The translations under genes and the position numbers were made by a program. The notes beneath the pieces were generated by a model. It was given only the letters and a program-made list of their open reading frames with translations, ran no database searches and was not told where the DNA came from. A stretch of DNA of 63,812 nucleotides, the filler included, from Octopus bimaculoides (lineage: Eukaryota): assembly GCF_001194135.2 (NCBI RefSeq). It is 7 parts of 7 records of this genome, joined end to end, with 100 filler letters (N's around TTAATTAATTAA, not from the genome) between each part and the next. Parts side by side here need not be neighbours in the genome. Positions count along the whole stretch, not along the records: positions 11,788 to 32,698 come from NC_068989.1; positions 32,799 to 50,914 come from NC_068981.1; 5 more parts are not named here. One strand, written 5' to 3'. Of the stretch, positions 24,282 through 36,330 are shown one piece after another; the first letter of the stretch is position 1; each line of letters opens with the position of its first letter.

Positions 24282-24489
24282 TTGCCGAGACCACAATAAC
24301 CCCGCACACGCTGAACTTTGTGAAGAAATTGGTGAGCACTTTTGGTGTCGGCATTGAAAATGTCTCCAACGCTGTCCAGACATTCTCCAGTGCTGCATCT
24401 GAGTCGCTGGCTAAACGAGCCCAGGCAACTGCCAGAGACCCTGTTTTCCAGAAAGTGAAAAGTCAGTTTTCTACAGACTTCGACTTCAG
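24282..24489 (+). CDS. TRRAP: TRRAP exon AETTITPHTLNFVKKLVSTFGVGIENVSNAVQTFSSAASESLAKRAQATARDPVFQKVKSQFSTDFDF(S)
   Basis: ctgcag|TT GCC...TTCAG|gtcagt; 208 nt, phase 1/2. Confidence 0.96.
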
Positions 24490-25516
24490 GTCAGTTAGTC
24501 AGATTATATCATAATTAACTGTCATGTTTTAAGAGTGAAACTACCTGAATGTGATTACCTGCTTATTTGTGAGTGGGTGTGTCTATATGTCTGCATGTGG
24601 CAATCTGTCTTGAGTGTGATTATTAGTTTGTTTGTGAGCGGGACCGTCTGTCTGAATATCACTGCATGCTTATTTGTGTCTGTCTTGAGTGTAGCTACCA
24701 GTCTGTCTGAGTGCGACTCTGTGCTTATTTTTGAGTGTGGTTGTCAAATTGTCTTAATGTGCCTGCCTGTCTAAGTGTGAGTGCTTGCTTGCTTGTGAGT
24801 GTGGCTATCGGTCTGTGTAAGTGGGACTGTCTGGCTAAGTGGGACTGTACACTTATTTGTGAGACTAATTGTCTGTCTACTTGAGTGTGATTGCTTGCTG
24901 GCTTACTTGTGTAAGTGAGACCTGTCTATTTATTTATCTGAATATAACTAACTTCTCATGTCTCTGAGCGTAATTTTTTACCAGTCTAACAGCCAGATCA
25001 TCATTGTCTGTTTATCTTGTTCCATTGTCTGTCTGTATGTAAGTCTTTCATTTTGAGTATGTCTTTGTGAGTTAGTCTGTTTCTCTGTAGATGTGTGTCT
25101 TTGTCTCAGCAGGTACACTTCAGCAGTTGCTCATATTTGTGCGTGTGTGTGCGCGTGTGCATGCACATATCAGTATTTGCCTGTGTATGTCAGTGGTTGC
25201 ATGTATTTGGGTGCACATCAATAGTTACATATGTGTGTGTATGTCAGTAGATGCTTGTGTTTATGTCTGTTAATTGCCCTGTGTGTGTGTGTGTGTGTAC
25301 GTACGCATGCGCATGTCAATAGTTATGTGTGTTTCCGTCCATCTGTCCCTTGTTGGTCAGTGTTGTTCCAACAAATGTCTATACAGTAGAATCAGTCACA
25401 GACTAACAGACCAATGCACACCAATATCCAAAGCTAGTGAAGGCAGTACTTCTCATGAGCAGTGTTGTCTTTCTCTAAAATTGTCATTCTAACCTTATTC
25501 TCTCTCTCTTCTTTAG

Positions 25517-25606
25517 TGTGCCAGGTTCAACAAAACTACACAACCTCATCAATAAAATGAAGAAATGGATCAAAATACTTGAGGCCAAAACACGCACACT
25601 ACCAAA
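25517..25606 (+). CDS. TRRAP: TRRAP exon VPGSTKLHNLINKMKKWIKILEAKTRTLP(K)
   Basis: ctttag|T GTG...CCAAA|gtaagt; 90 nt, phase 2/2. Confidence 0.95.
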
Positions 25607-26002
25607 GTAAGTGGACACTCTGGTTTTATAGCTTCCTCTCTCTCTCTCTCTCTCTCTCACACTCTTTATTTTTCTCTTTTTTTCTCTTTCCATCATTTTT
25701 TTCTTTTTACTCATGTTTCTACTCTCTCTAGCTTTTTCCCCATTTATTTCACTATTTTCTACCTTTAAGTCTTTCTCTCCCTACCCCTCTCCCCTCTTTC
25801 CCCAGCCACTCTCTCCCCATCTCCCCTTTCCCCACCCTCTCCTCTCCCCCATCCTACTCATCTTTTCACTCTCCTCTTTTCTCCTCTCCACTCTCCTTTC
25901 TCACTACCCCTCTTTCCATCCCTCTCCTTTCACTTTTTCTCATTTTTTAAAGGACTAATATCCAAAATGTTAACACTCTTTCCCTTTTAAGTATTAAACT
26001 AA

Positions 26003-26004
<2 letters not shown>

Positions 26005-26035
<31 letters not shown>

Positions 26036-26255
26036 TAACATCTGTTGTCCATGCTGGCATGGGTCAGGCAGTTTGACCAAAGTTGGAGAGCTGTACCAGA
26101 CTCCAGTCTGACTTAACATGGTTTCTATGGCTGGATGCCCTTCCTAACATCAACCACTTTACAGAGTGTACTGGGTGCTTTTAGATGGCACTGCACGAGT
26201 GCTTCCATGTGGTGTTGCACTGGTGCTTTTACAGACACTGCACAGGGACTCTTGC
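26005..26255 (-). mobile_element. Family C copy
   Basis: (CAT)n..ccatgctggcatggg..ctatggctggatgcccttcctaacatcaaccac. Confidence 0.7.
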
Positions 26256-26544
26256 AGGTCGATCCTCACCACCAGGGGACCAGTCTTAACTCTTCTGCTG
26301 TATAGTACTAGTCTTTTTGAGTACAGCAAGGCACCAGGCATCTTGGTTCTTTGTCATCTTGCCTGAAAGATTCAGTGTCCTGAGGTCGTTCTTCAGTACT
26401 TCATCCCATGTCTTTCTTGGTCTCCCACTTCCACATATTCCATCTACTTTGAGAGATCAGCATTTCTTTATGGAACTGTTGGCATCCATTTACATCAAAT
26501 GACCAAACCAGCACAATCTTCTCTCTTGCACTAAAACTTGTTCC

Positions 26545-27097
26545 GGATCTTTTTTAAAACGGGGGCCACAGTTTTCATTAATGTTTTACGTAGTGTTTTT
26601 GGTACCGAAAGACTTTCAAACTTCGTATACTTATCTATTTTGTGTTATAGAACAGAAAAATATTTTTGTATTCGAATTTATTTCATGTAAAAAATTGTCT
26701 TATTTCGATAATTTCAACCAATCACTGACAAGTATTCAGTTGTTTACATTTACTCCTTTGACTGATTAAGCGGTGTAAAGCGTATTTAATTTCCATAGCT
26801 TCGTTTTGCTTTTTTCTTTTTAAATTTGCTGTTTTACCCTAACCCTATCACCGATAGAATTGTTTCAGAATTGTTTGTTTATGTAGTCGGCACTTAATGT
26901 ATATCGGCTGAATGGACGTCAGTGATTGGTTGAAATTACAGAAATACGACAACTTTAACATGGAATAACTTGGGGATTTCTTTTTTTTTTAAGAAGACTA
27001 AGAGAAAAAGATGTTTTATATGACACATTCTACCAGTGTTCCAAGTTTCAAAGTGTTTCGTTAATGAAAAATGTGGCCCCCGTTTTAAAAAAGATCC
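26545..27097. mobile_element. 553-bp MITE, 37-bp TIR, 8-bp TSD (Merlin- or hAT-like)
   Basis: TIR GGATCTTTTTTAAAACGGGGGCCACA(G/T)TTTTCATTAA at 26545-26581 and 27061-27097 (1 mismatch); TSD CTTGTTCC at 26537-26544 and 27098-27105. Confidence 0.88.
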
Positions 27098-27172
27098 CTT
27101 GTTCCTTCTGTGTTGTCTTCTTTTTTCTACTCATTGCCTAATATATATATATATATATTATGTTCATTCCAG

Positions 27173-27266
27173 ATCTTTCCTTATTGAAGAAAAGTGTCGT
27201 TTCCTTAGTAATTTCTCCATCAACAATGTTGAAGTTGAATTGCCGGGCGAGTTTCTGCTTCCAAAG
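27173..27266 (+). CDS. TRRAP: TRRAP exon SFLIEEKCRFLSNFSINNVEVELPGEFLLPK
   Basis: ttccag|A TCT...AAG|gtaaga; 94 nt, phase 2/0; PIKK 'E.PG..' motif. Confidence 0.96.
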
Positions 27267-27799
27267 GTAAGAGAGAAGAAACTTTTTAAAATTAGATGAT
27301 TTTAGTAAAAGTTGCATGGTCTTAATATCTGCAATTACCACAATATATTTGTGAATGTATGTGTGTATGTGCATGTGTATTCCACTACAATACTGGTGCC
27401 ACGATAAATCCATCCAGGTTTCTCTGTAAAGTCACTGCTAAGTGAGTGGAATTGTGGCACTAAGAGGACCCTTCTGTTTTGTTGAGAACATGGAAGTTTC
27501 TAGAGAACTGGTGTTACAACAGAATACATCCAGTGTTCTCTGTATAGCAGTTGGCTTAGTTACTTTGGTATCCAACAATAGAAACCAAAGCAAAAATGGA
27601 ATGTTCAAGTTAGATACAGTCCTCCAACCCATTTAGGACAATAATAACTGAACTGACTTTGACAAAAATGACCTGTCCACTTCATGCTACCAGCATTGAA
27701 AGCAGACTATGATGGGGATGAAATGTGTGTGCATGTAATTTGGGGTAGTCATTTAAGTGGGTGTTTGTTGGTTTAATCATTTTGTATTCTTTCTTCCAG

Positions 27800-27907
27800 T
27801 CTGGACACTATTATGTAAGAATTGCTCGATTCATGCCAAGAGTAGAAATAGTTAAGAAACACAACACTGCCGCCAGAAGGTTGTATATAAGGGGACACAA
27901 TGGCAAG
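27800..27907 (+). CDS. TRRAP: TRRAP exon SGHYYVRIARFMPRVEIVKKHNTAARRLYIRGHNGK (PI3K-like N-lobe)
   Basis: cttccag|TCT...AAG|gtaagt; 108 nt, phase 0/0. Confidence 0.96.
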
Positions 27908-28199
27908 GTAAGTGGACATGATGCCCTTTCTTATCTCTCATCAGGATCACATTACACTGTTACTCTTTCAATAGATTTTCTTTACCTCATCATCATCACA
28001 AGCAACAACCATTACAATTCCTCCACCATTGTCATCATCATCATCAGCCACTATAATTTCTCCACCATCATCATCATAATTCCTCCATCATCGTCCTCAG
28101 CATACGCTATATTTCCTCCATAATTATCATCAATTCATCCATCATCATCATTTACTGCAATTCTTCCATTCTCATTCCCTTTATTTTTTCCATCAGCTG

Positions 28200-28660
28200 T
28201 GGCCGGTGCTAGTGTTGCATAACCACCCCATTTAAAAGTACCCTTGATTTGCCAGGCGACACATTGTACTTGAAAAGACCTGTTGAGTCAAGTGAAATTG
28301 TAGTCGCGGCCAATGCCAGTGCCGCCTGACTGGCACCTGTGCTGGTGGCATGTAATAAGCACCATTCAAGCATGAGTCGATACCAGTGCCGCCTCACTGG
28401 CTTCCTGTGCCAGTGACACGTAAATAGCACCATCCGAACATAGTTGATGCCAGTGCCCCCTGACTGGCTCCCATGCTGGTGGTTTGTAAAAAGCACCCAC
28501 TACATTCTTGGAGTGGTTGACACAGGAGGGGCATCCAGCTGTAGAAACCTTGCCAGATTGGATTGGAGCCTGGTGCAGCTCCCCAGCTTGCCAACTCTGG
28601 TCACACAGTCCAACCCATGCCAGCAAAAAAACAAGACCTTAAATGATGGTGATGATGCAA
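28200..28660 (+). mobile_element. Long family C copy (sense orientation)
   Basis: gtggttgacacaggaggggcatccagctgtagaaaccttgccagattggattggagcctgg...ccaacccatgccagc..(GAT)n. Confidence 0.75.
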
Positions 28661-28803
28661 TTTTTCTGTCATCATTTACTACAATGGTCCTGCTATTATT
28701 CCATATTTATATATGTATGTTTATCTCCCCCATTATATTTCAACATAATGTTTTATATATATACATGCACATATATCGCTGTTCCCTTTGTCTTCCTATA
28801 CAG

Positions 28804-28911
28804 ATTTATCCCTATCTTGTCATCAATGATGGCTGCCTCACTGAATCTTGTCGTGAAGAAAGGGTCCTACAACTATTAAGGATGCTTAATTTATTCCTCA
28901 CAAAACAAAAG
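28804..28911 (+). CDS. TRRAP: TRRAP exon IYPYLVINDGCLTESCREERVLQLLRMLNLFLTKQK
   Basis: atacag|ATT...AAG|gtaact; 108 nt, phase 0/0. Confidence 0.96.
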
Positions 28912-30145
28912 GTAACTTCCGTTTTCTATTCTTGTTGATAGCTCACCACCAAAAGTGTATCTGCACACGTATGCACATGCAGAATTGTGCACAGACATGC
29001 GCACACTTATCGAGAATAACTTCATCTATTTTGGCAAGTGACTTGAGTTGCAATAAAATTAATTCTTTGGTTTTGAAAAAATTTAGTAAAATAACTTTGT
29101 CGTTATGAAGCTGGTGTTTGGAAAGAATAACATGAAATTTTGACAGAAGGTTTTTTTAATCGAAAGCTATTTAAAACCTAAAGTTTGTATCATTGAACTG
29201 GGACAGTCATGGGTGGGTTGGTATCGAAATGGTTAAGTCTATAACAAGGTTGCTGAAGTATGATGAAAATAGTGAAACCACAAGAAATAAATAAAAAACA
29301 CTTATGGCTCTTTCACAGTGTAGTTACTTCAGTTCTATCGTTTTTCTTTGATGGATATATTAGAATGTGAATTTTCATGCTTTAAAATATNNNNNNNNNN
29401 ATATATATATATATATATATATATATGTGAATATATATGAGTGTGTGTGTGCGTGCGTGTATACTGCTCCAAAGTATGGTGGTTTTAAACTAAAATTCTA
29501 TGTCCACTCAGAGGAGAATAAGTTCAAGATAAGATCTTACTCACGCAGGTACTTGTTTTTTTATGTACACAAGAGGTTTTCAACAGGACTTTCCAGAGAT
29601 ACATGGAGACTGAAAAAAAGCTATTGACAGTATTTTTTAAATATCCTGATTCAATTCTTGTTTCTGTACCTGCTTACACGTATATTTCCAAGTATGGCAA
29701 TAACAGAAATGCACCTGTAAACTAATCAAAAGTATTCATTTGACATTACTTCAATCTCTGCATTAGTCAATGAAGAAATATCTTACCTGGCTCTACTGGG
29801 AAAGTTACCTATGATTGACTAGCAACCTATCCAAGTGTATCAATTATGCTTGATACACTTATTTCTTCAGAAACCAAAGTTGAGAACTGTGGTTTAGGAA
29901 GTCATTAGTCTTTTGTTCACTGGTTGCTTTTATATAATTTAAACACGGGGCATTTTTTAACCTTATCACAAACGAAACAAGAAAATGCTCAAAAACAATT
30001 GTTGTGATTTGTGATTAAAGCCTGTTCATTCCTTCTTGTTTTATAAATGTGTGTGTGTGTGTATTTTTTTAAATTACCATCTTAATAAAGTTTTGTTGCA
30101 TCATTATTTCGACCACCCCACTTCCTTTTCTCTGTCTACTTTCAG

Positions 30146-30262
30146 GAAACAAGCCGAAGATTGTTGTATTTCACTGTTCCCAGAGTGGTATCCTTCTCGC
30201 CTCAGATGCGCCTTGTTGAAGACAATCCTGCTTCAATCTCTCTACAGGACATCTTTAAACAG
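30146..30262 (+). CDS. TRRAP: TRRAP exon ETSRRLLYFTVPRVVSFSPQMRLVEDNPASISLQDIFKQ
   Basis: tttcag|GAA...CAG|gtgact; 117 nt, phase 0/0. Confidence 0.95.
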
Positions 30263-30797
30263 GTGACTATCCACCTCTTTTTGTTACCAGTACTGACAAT
30301 AAACAAGTATCTTTTTTTCAGTGTTAGCCATAGATATTTTCTCAACATTAATCTCAAATATTTCCTCATCAAATAACTGTAAATGAGTATCCATTCACCA
30401 TAGGCGGTTACTTATCCACCCTTTTCTGTAATATTAACCTCAAGCTGGTATCTCTATACACTGTTGTCTGAAGCACAGTGCATATAGATATCCTTACATC
30501 TGCCAGAAGATTTTGAAACCCTTTCTGAGTTTTACTTTCCGGCTCCCACGCTATATATTTTCAAATTAAATCATCACCATCTGGCATCCACTTTTTCATA
30601 CTTGCTTGAATCAAACGATCTTTGTCGAGGCAAATTTTATATGACTGCATGTCCTTCTTGTTGCTAACTCTCATTTGTTTCCAGGCAAGGTAATATTTGC
30701 CATAGCTAGGCATGTTCTTCATGGAAGACTGGAAAGGAACAACATGGTTCTTTGATAGTGATACTCATTTACAGCCATTGTGTGATGTCAGACCAAG

Positions 30798-30830
<33 letters not shown>

Positions 30831-30963
30831 CAGGCTTCTTTCAGTGTTCATCAGACCAGGGCTGTAGTAGAAGATACTTTCCCAAGGTGCCATGCAGTGA
30901 GATTGAAACTATGACTGTTTTATGAAAACTAATCTTTTCAACCACATCCATACTAGCACTTCA

Positions 30964-31366
30964 ATCCATTTAACGTCCACTTTCTTGGAACTGGTAAGCT
31001 GGAGAGCTGCACCAGACTCCAGTTTGACGTGGCATGGTTTCTACAACTGGATGCCCTTCCTAATGCCAACCACTCCAAGAGTGTAATGGGTGCCATTTAC
31101 ATCACACTGTAATGTATATAAGATAGCAAAAATCTATTTTGAACCCATTTTGATTATTATGCTGTCTCGTGTGTGTGTAATATCTTTGCTATACATATAT
31201 ATATATATATCATCATCATCATCATTTAACGTCTGCTTTCCATGCTAGCATGGGTTGGACGACTTGACTGAGGACTGGTGAAACCGGATGGCAACACCAG
31301 GCTCCAATCTAAATTTGGCAGAGTTTCTACAGCTGGATGCCCTTCCTAACGCCAACCACTCAGAGA
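30964..31366 (-). mobile_element. Two family C fragments (30964-31105, 31208-31366)
   Basis: tttaacgtc...ctacaactggatgcccttcctaatgccaaccac repeated twice. Confidence 0.7.
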
Positions 31367-31473
31367 GTGTATATATATTTCATGGACAACTGGAAATGAG
31401 GGTCACTGATTGTATGACTGACACTCATTTATATCTGTCAAGTGATGTCAAGGCAAGGAGATGCAAGCATGCC

Positions 31474-31504
<31 letters not shown>

Positions 31505-31848
31505 GCAACGGTCTTCTTTCCGTTTCTGTCTGCCAAATCCACTTGCAAGGCTTCGGTTGGCTCTGACCTGTTGTAGAAGACACTTGCTAGTGTTGCCACC
31601 CTGTGTGACTGAATTTGAAATTGCATGGGTGGGAAGCAAATCTCTTAACAACACTATCATGCCTCAGCCTATACATACAAGCACAGACGCATTTGTATCT
31701 TTTCTTCTTTCACTCAATTTCTTTCTTTCCTGTTTTCATTATCTCTCTCCTCCTCTCTATACAACTCACCGCAATCTCTCTGCCTGCCTGTCTCTCTCGC
31801 TCTCTGACACATACAGAATATTCACCGATAACCTCTTTCCTGTTCTAG

Positions 31849-32064
31849 CGCTGTCTGAAACGAGGAATTGAGCACGACGCCCCTATTGCCCGCTACTATG
31901 AACGCCTGGCTACTGTGCAAGCCCGCGGCTCCCAGGCTAGCCACCAGGTTCTCAGAGATATATTAAAGGACGTACAGACCAATATGGTACCACGGGGACT
32001 ATTGAAAGAATGGGTTCTGCACACGTTTCCTGATGCCACAGACTATTGGACATTCCGAAAAACT
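31849..32064 (+). CDS. TRRAP: TRRAP exon (last visible) RCLKRGIEHDAPIARYYERLATVQARGSQASHQVLRDILKDVQTNMVPRGLLKEWVLHTFPDATDYWTFRKT; gene 3'-incomplete
   Basis: ttctag|CGC...ACT|gtgagt; 216 nt, phase 0/0; the remaining pseudokinase C-lobe and FATC were not found before the linker at 32699. Confidence 0.96.
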
Positions 32065-32079
32065 GTGAGTAGCTTTTAT

Positions 32080-32432
32080 CTTTTACTTGTTTCAGTCATT
32101 GGACTATGGCCATGCTGGGGCACCAGGGTTCAATCAAAGAAATTGACCCTAGTTCTTACGTTTTTTTACAAATCTGATTCTTATTCTATTAGTTCCTTTT
32201 ACCAATTTGCTAAGTTATGGGAATGTAAACAAACTAAACCAGTTGTCAAATGGTGTGGGGGACAAACTTGAATACACACACACACACACAATGAGCTTCC
32301 ATACAGTTTCTATGTACCAAGTTCGCTTGCAAGACTTTGGTCGGCCTTCAGATGACACTTGCCCAAGCTGCCATGCAATGGGACGGAACTCAAAACTGCA
32401 TGGTCACAAAATAAGCTCCTTAACCACACAGC
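32080..32432 (-). mobile_element. Diverged copy of the same SINE after the last visible TRRAP exon
   Basis: tttacttgtttcagtcattggactatggccatgctgggg...gacacttgcccaag. Confidence 0.7.
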
Positions 32433-32698
32433 TATGCCTGTGCCCCAAAATGTCACTAACTTGTGACACTACCACCATTTTGAGTACGCAAAGTTTTATA
32501 AATAATATTAACCTTTAACCCTTTCGTTACTGTATTTCTGTTGAGATGCTCTGTGTCTCTTTCAATTACTTTAAATATAACAAAGAATTTAGTAAAATAA
32601 CTTAGTTATCATTCAGCTAGTGTTAGGAACATAAATTGTGACTAAGGTTTGGTGGAAGATTTTAATTCAAAACTTATGGAAACAAGACATTTGTACTT

Positions 32699-32798
32699 NN
32701 NNNNNNNNNNNNNNNNNNNNNNNNNNNNNNNNNNNNNNNNNNTTAATTAATTAANNNNNNNNNNNNNNNNNNNNNNNNNNNNNNNNNNNNNNNNNNNN
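32699..32798. other. Artificial contig linker separating TRRAP and ABCF1
   Basis: N44-TTAATTAATTAA-N44. Confidence 0.92.
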
Positions 32799-32932
32799 TG
32801 GAAGGCGGACGTTAAACGATGATGATGATGATGATGATGATGATGACTGAGTCATACACACAAATCTATATTATATCATCCTCTCACCCTAGTTCTTATC
32901 AAAGAATCATGAAGAAAAGAAATATACATTAC

Positions 32933-33057
32933 CATAATTTCCTCGGTAATAGAAAAGTTTCTGTTGGTCTAAATGAATGATGTCAGTACATACATTATCT
33001 AAGAAACTCTGGTCGTGAGATACAACAAGTAAAGTCTTTTTCCATGTTTGTAAATAG
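32933..33057 (-). CDS. ABCF1: ABCF1 exon (last visible) [41 protein letters not shown]; gene 3'-incomplete
   Basis: ttttag|C TAT...TAT G|gtaatg; 125 nt, phase 2/1; H-loop VSHD; linker and NBD2 exons absent before the join at 32798. Confidence 0.97.
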
Positions 33058-33726
33058 CTAAAACAAAAATGGAAAATATCATTTAAAATCTGGTTAAAAA
33101 CATAGTCCATGTTATATTAGGTTTCTGATGTTATGAAATTATCTGAAATTTTTAGTTTGTCTAAATTATCATGTCGGAACATCTCAATAGAAAACTTTGT
33201 TTGGTATTGTTCCTAACATATATTTTAAGATTTTTGTTTGAACATAGTTAGTCATAGCAAACTAGTGAATGATAGTCATCAAACTCTACAACAGTAGCCA
33301 CCATTCCTTCACAAGAACAGTTCTCTGTTAACTACTCACTTCTTCCCACCGTCATGATCACATGGAAAAAAAAACCCATCATAGATGTTGGTATCAATCA
33401 TTAATGTCTTCTATTTGTAAATATGTGACTAAGTGATTAAATCTAACCTCAAAATCTATAAGAAACATAAACACAGAGGGTGGTTTTCCTTAATATAAGA
33501 GATGGTCCATATAGAATTAACACCTTCATGGTACATGGGCACATTCTAAGGTTCTAAACATTAAGTTAAAATCTGACTGCCTGCCTAATGTCTATTACTC
33601 TGTTGTATGGACAATACTAAAATTATACCAGACAAGACAAAAAACGCCTTGTAAAATCATGCAGAAAAAAAGTTATACAAGTTTTTTATGGGAGAGAAAA
33701 AAGATGAAATTCAAATGAAATACTTA

Positions 33727-33840
<114 letters not shown>

Positions 33841-34199
33841 TTAATGTATTCTTTTCTTTAATGTCAAGGTGAGATCCACTGGAAAATAAGTACTGAAAGC
33901 TGTGTTATATGATCAACAAAGGTTTGTTACATATCTGCATTAGTAGACATATCAAAGAGACTGAAAAAGAGTGAGAAAAGGGAGGATGGACAAATGAAAG
34001 CATCAGTATGTGTGCATAGTCACCAAAGAGTTATAAAAAGATTTTAATAATACAAAATGTATTCACGCAGAGGTGTGAAATCTGTGATCTTAGGTTATGA
34101 GAAAGAGGGTATTTGCAAAAGTGTAGACTTCACTATTCTTGTTACTTGCTTTCCTCACTTGGTTGTCAATAATAATTTCCAGTTATAGCTGGCTCAAGC

Positions 34200-35400
34200 C
34201 TCCCTCACTTGCTCCTTCAAATGCATTTGCATACCACTCACCAAATATGCCACTAACATTTCAACCATATTTACTGCATTGAGGACATATATCTGACAAT
34301 GCCTCTCACCATCCTCAGTAACGATGCTTATGGTTTCTCTTGGTTCTTAGATTCAACTCAAGCTGATAATTTGTTTCATCCCATACATGTTTCATGTAAG
34401 GGATGACTAATGCAGACACTCCAAACACCTGTCATCTCTTTTGTACCTCCAAACCATAATTGTCTCTGTACCTGTTGAGTTTTCTGACCACTGCTGTATC
34501 ATGACTTTCTAACACACATCCACATACTACATAGCCACTGCTACCATGTCAATTTTCCATTAAAACTGCCTTCCTATGGTCTCTAGTTGTCTTATCACTT
34601 AGACTGGTGGCTTCTTGTCAGAATGCATTATAGCATCCTGGATTGAAAGAACTTTTTGGTTCTCTCCCTGACACTCTTCCACTAATCATTGATGCAATCA
34701 TCTATTTGCCATCATCTTCAACAATACCCACTCTTACATGATGACACCCTTGATTCTTTTGTAGATGACACTTTTGTGCTCAAGTGTCATCAACTTTCAA
34801 CCTCACACCAGGCCTGCACTGACTCCATAGACAGCCTCCCCCCAATCATCCTCCAATAGGGGTCATGTCAACAATCTTGTCTCATTCAAAAGCAAAATCT
34901 CAAAAACATAATTGCATCTCATCCTCATTTAAACAATAGCAGTATACAACCAGAGACTGCATGATAGTGCCAAATGTTAGGCCTCACTATCACTGAGGGC
35001 CTTTCATGGTGAACATACACTATAATATAACTAAGACTGTATCTTAAAGATAGACCTTTTTTCTTCATAGCCATAAAATACTTCAGCCTACAACAATTAC
35101 TGACTTTTTCTCTCTATAGTACTCAGAAGAGGCCACAATAGAGAACTGCTCCTGAATCTGGACCAGTGCTACTGCACAGACAGACATCCTACATTACATC
35201 CAGAGGAAGTCCATTTCGTTGACTGGACTGGCATAAAGTCACTTACAGATATATTCCAGCCACTGACTCACAGATGTTCTGTCCTCTTTCTGCCTTTATT
35301 GTCATTTCTACAGTGGCCTCTCTTCCTCAAAGATGGTTGGTCTCATCCCACCTCCACTCAAGCACTCTTGATTTACTTGTCCCTTTTCTCATTACCCATG
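34200..35400 (+). mobile_element. Decayed, internally deleted CR1/Jockey-group LINE in an ABCF1 intron
   Basis: Remnants: DTPNT..LF..S..EFSDH (APE end), DDT.., NLVSF..K (RT), FQPLTHR (3' region). Confidence 0.45.
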
Positions 35401-35791
35401 TATGTCTAATTTCCTAGGCCCCGCATTAACCACAATACTCATTCATTTCTTCCTATATCTTTAATCTTCTGAGACTTTCTTTTTATATAAGTTGCAGACT
35501 TGCAAGAGTTTAAGGGTAATGCTAATAGCATTGCTTTCATTACTTTTGGAAAGCCTGTGAAGGTCATTGGTGCTGCCCCTTTCTCCAACCTAGCAAGCAC
35601 CCACCCCTAAAAGGCAAAGTGATAAAGAACAGTAATTTAAACAAAGTTATTTTAATTGGTCATGATATAATTTACATCATTACATATAAATTGTGAGGTT
35701 AGAATTAACAATATGACTGTTGGAAAACTAGTAGCTTTAATCAGATAAAACAAACCAGAATGAAGAGGAAACAAAATCAGAACCCACTAAC

Positions 35792-35940
35792 CTTGCTAAC
35801 GAAACTCTCATCCTCCAGCCACCAGACAAATCTTTCGTTCGTCTTTCCATCATATTTTTGTTAAATCCCAGACCGGCAAGAATTCTTCGAGCTTTAGCTT
35901 CAGCAGCATCAGCTCCAATAGCTCGCAACTCTTCGTATAC
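35792..35940 (-). CDS. ABCF1: ABCF1 exon [49 protein letters not shown](R)
   Basis: tctcag|GTA...GCAAG|gttagt; 149 nt, phase 0/2; ABCF signature LSGGW. Confidence 0.97.
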
Positions 35941-36119
35941 CTGAGAAATTAAAGTAATGGCAGTTAAGTAGAATTTCAAAATGATTGTAGTTTCTGTGTT
36001 CTTGACATAATCCAGAATTAGTTCATGAAGGTATCCTATTTTCCAGACATAATCTGACAGTCACATACAATGTCTACAACCACAACAACAACAACAATAA
36101 TAATCCTTATAATAATAAT

Positions 36120-36330
36120 ACTATAGGCTCACAGCCTGAAACTTGGTGGGAGGACTAGTTGATTACATCAACCCCAGTGTATCACTGATACTTAATTTAT
36201 TGACACCAAAAGGATGAAAGACAAAGTTGACCTTGGCAGAATTTGAACTCAGAATGTAAGGATGGACGAAATGCTGCTAAGCATTTTGCCCGATGTGCTA
36301 ATGATTCTGCCAGCTTGCCACCTTAACAAT
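36120..36330 (-). mobile_element. Second SINE family copy in an ABCF1 intron
   Basis: Reverse complement of the 52835 element: aaggatgaaagacaaagttgacc...agaatttgaactcagaa. Confidence 0.7.

Noticed and set aside
28444-28938. 164-aa ORF as a separate gene
   Set aside because: Chimera of retroelement sequence, intron and one TRRAP exon.
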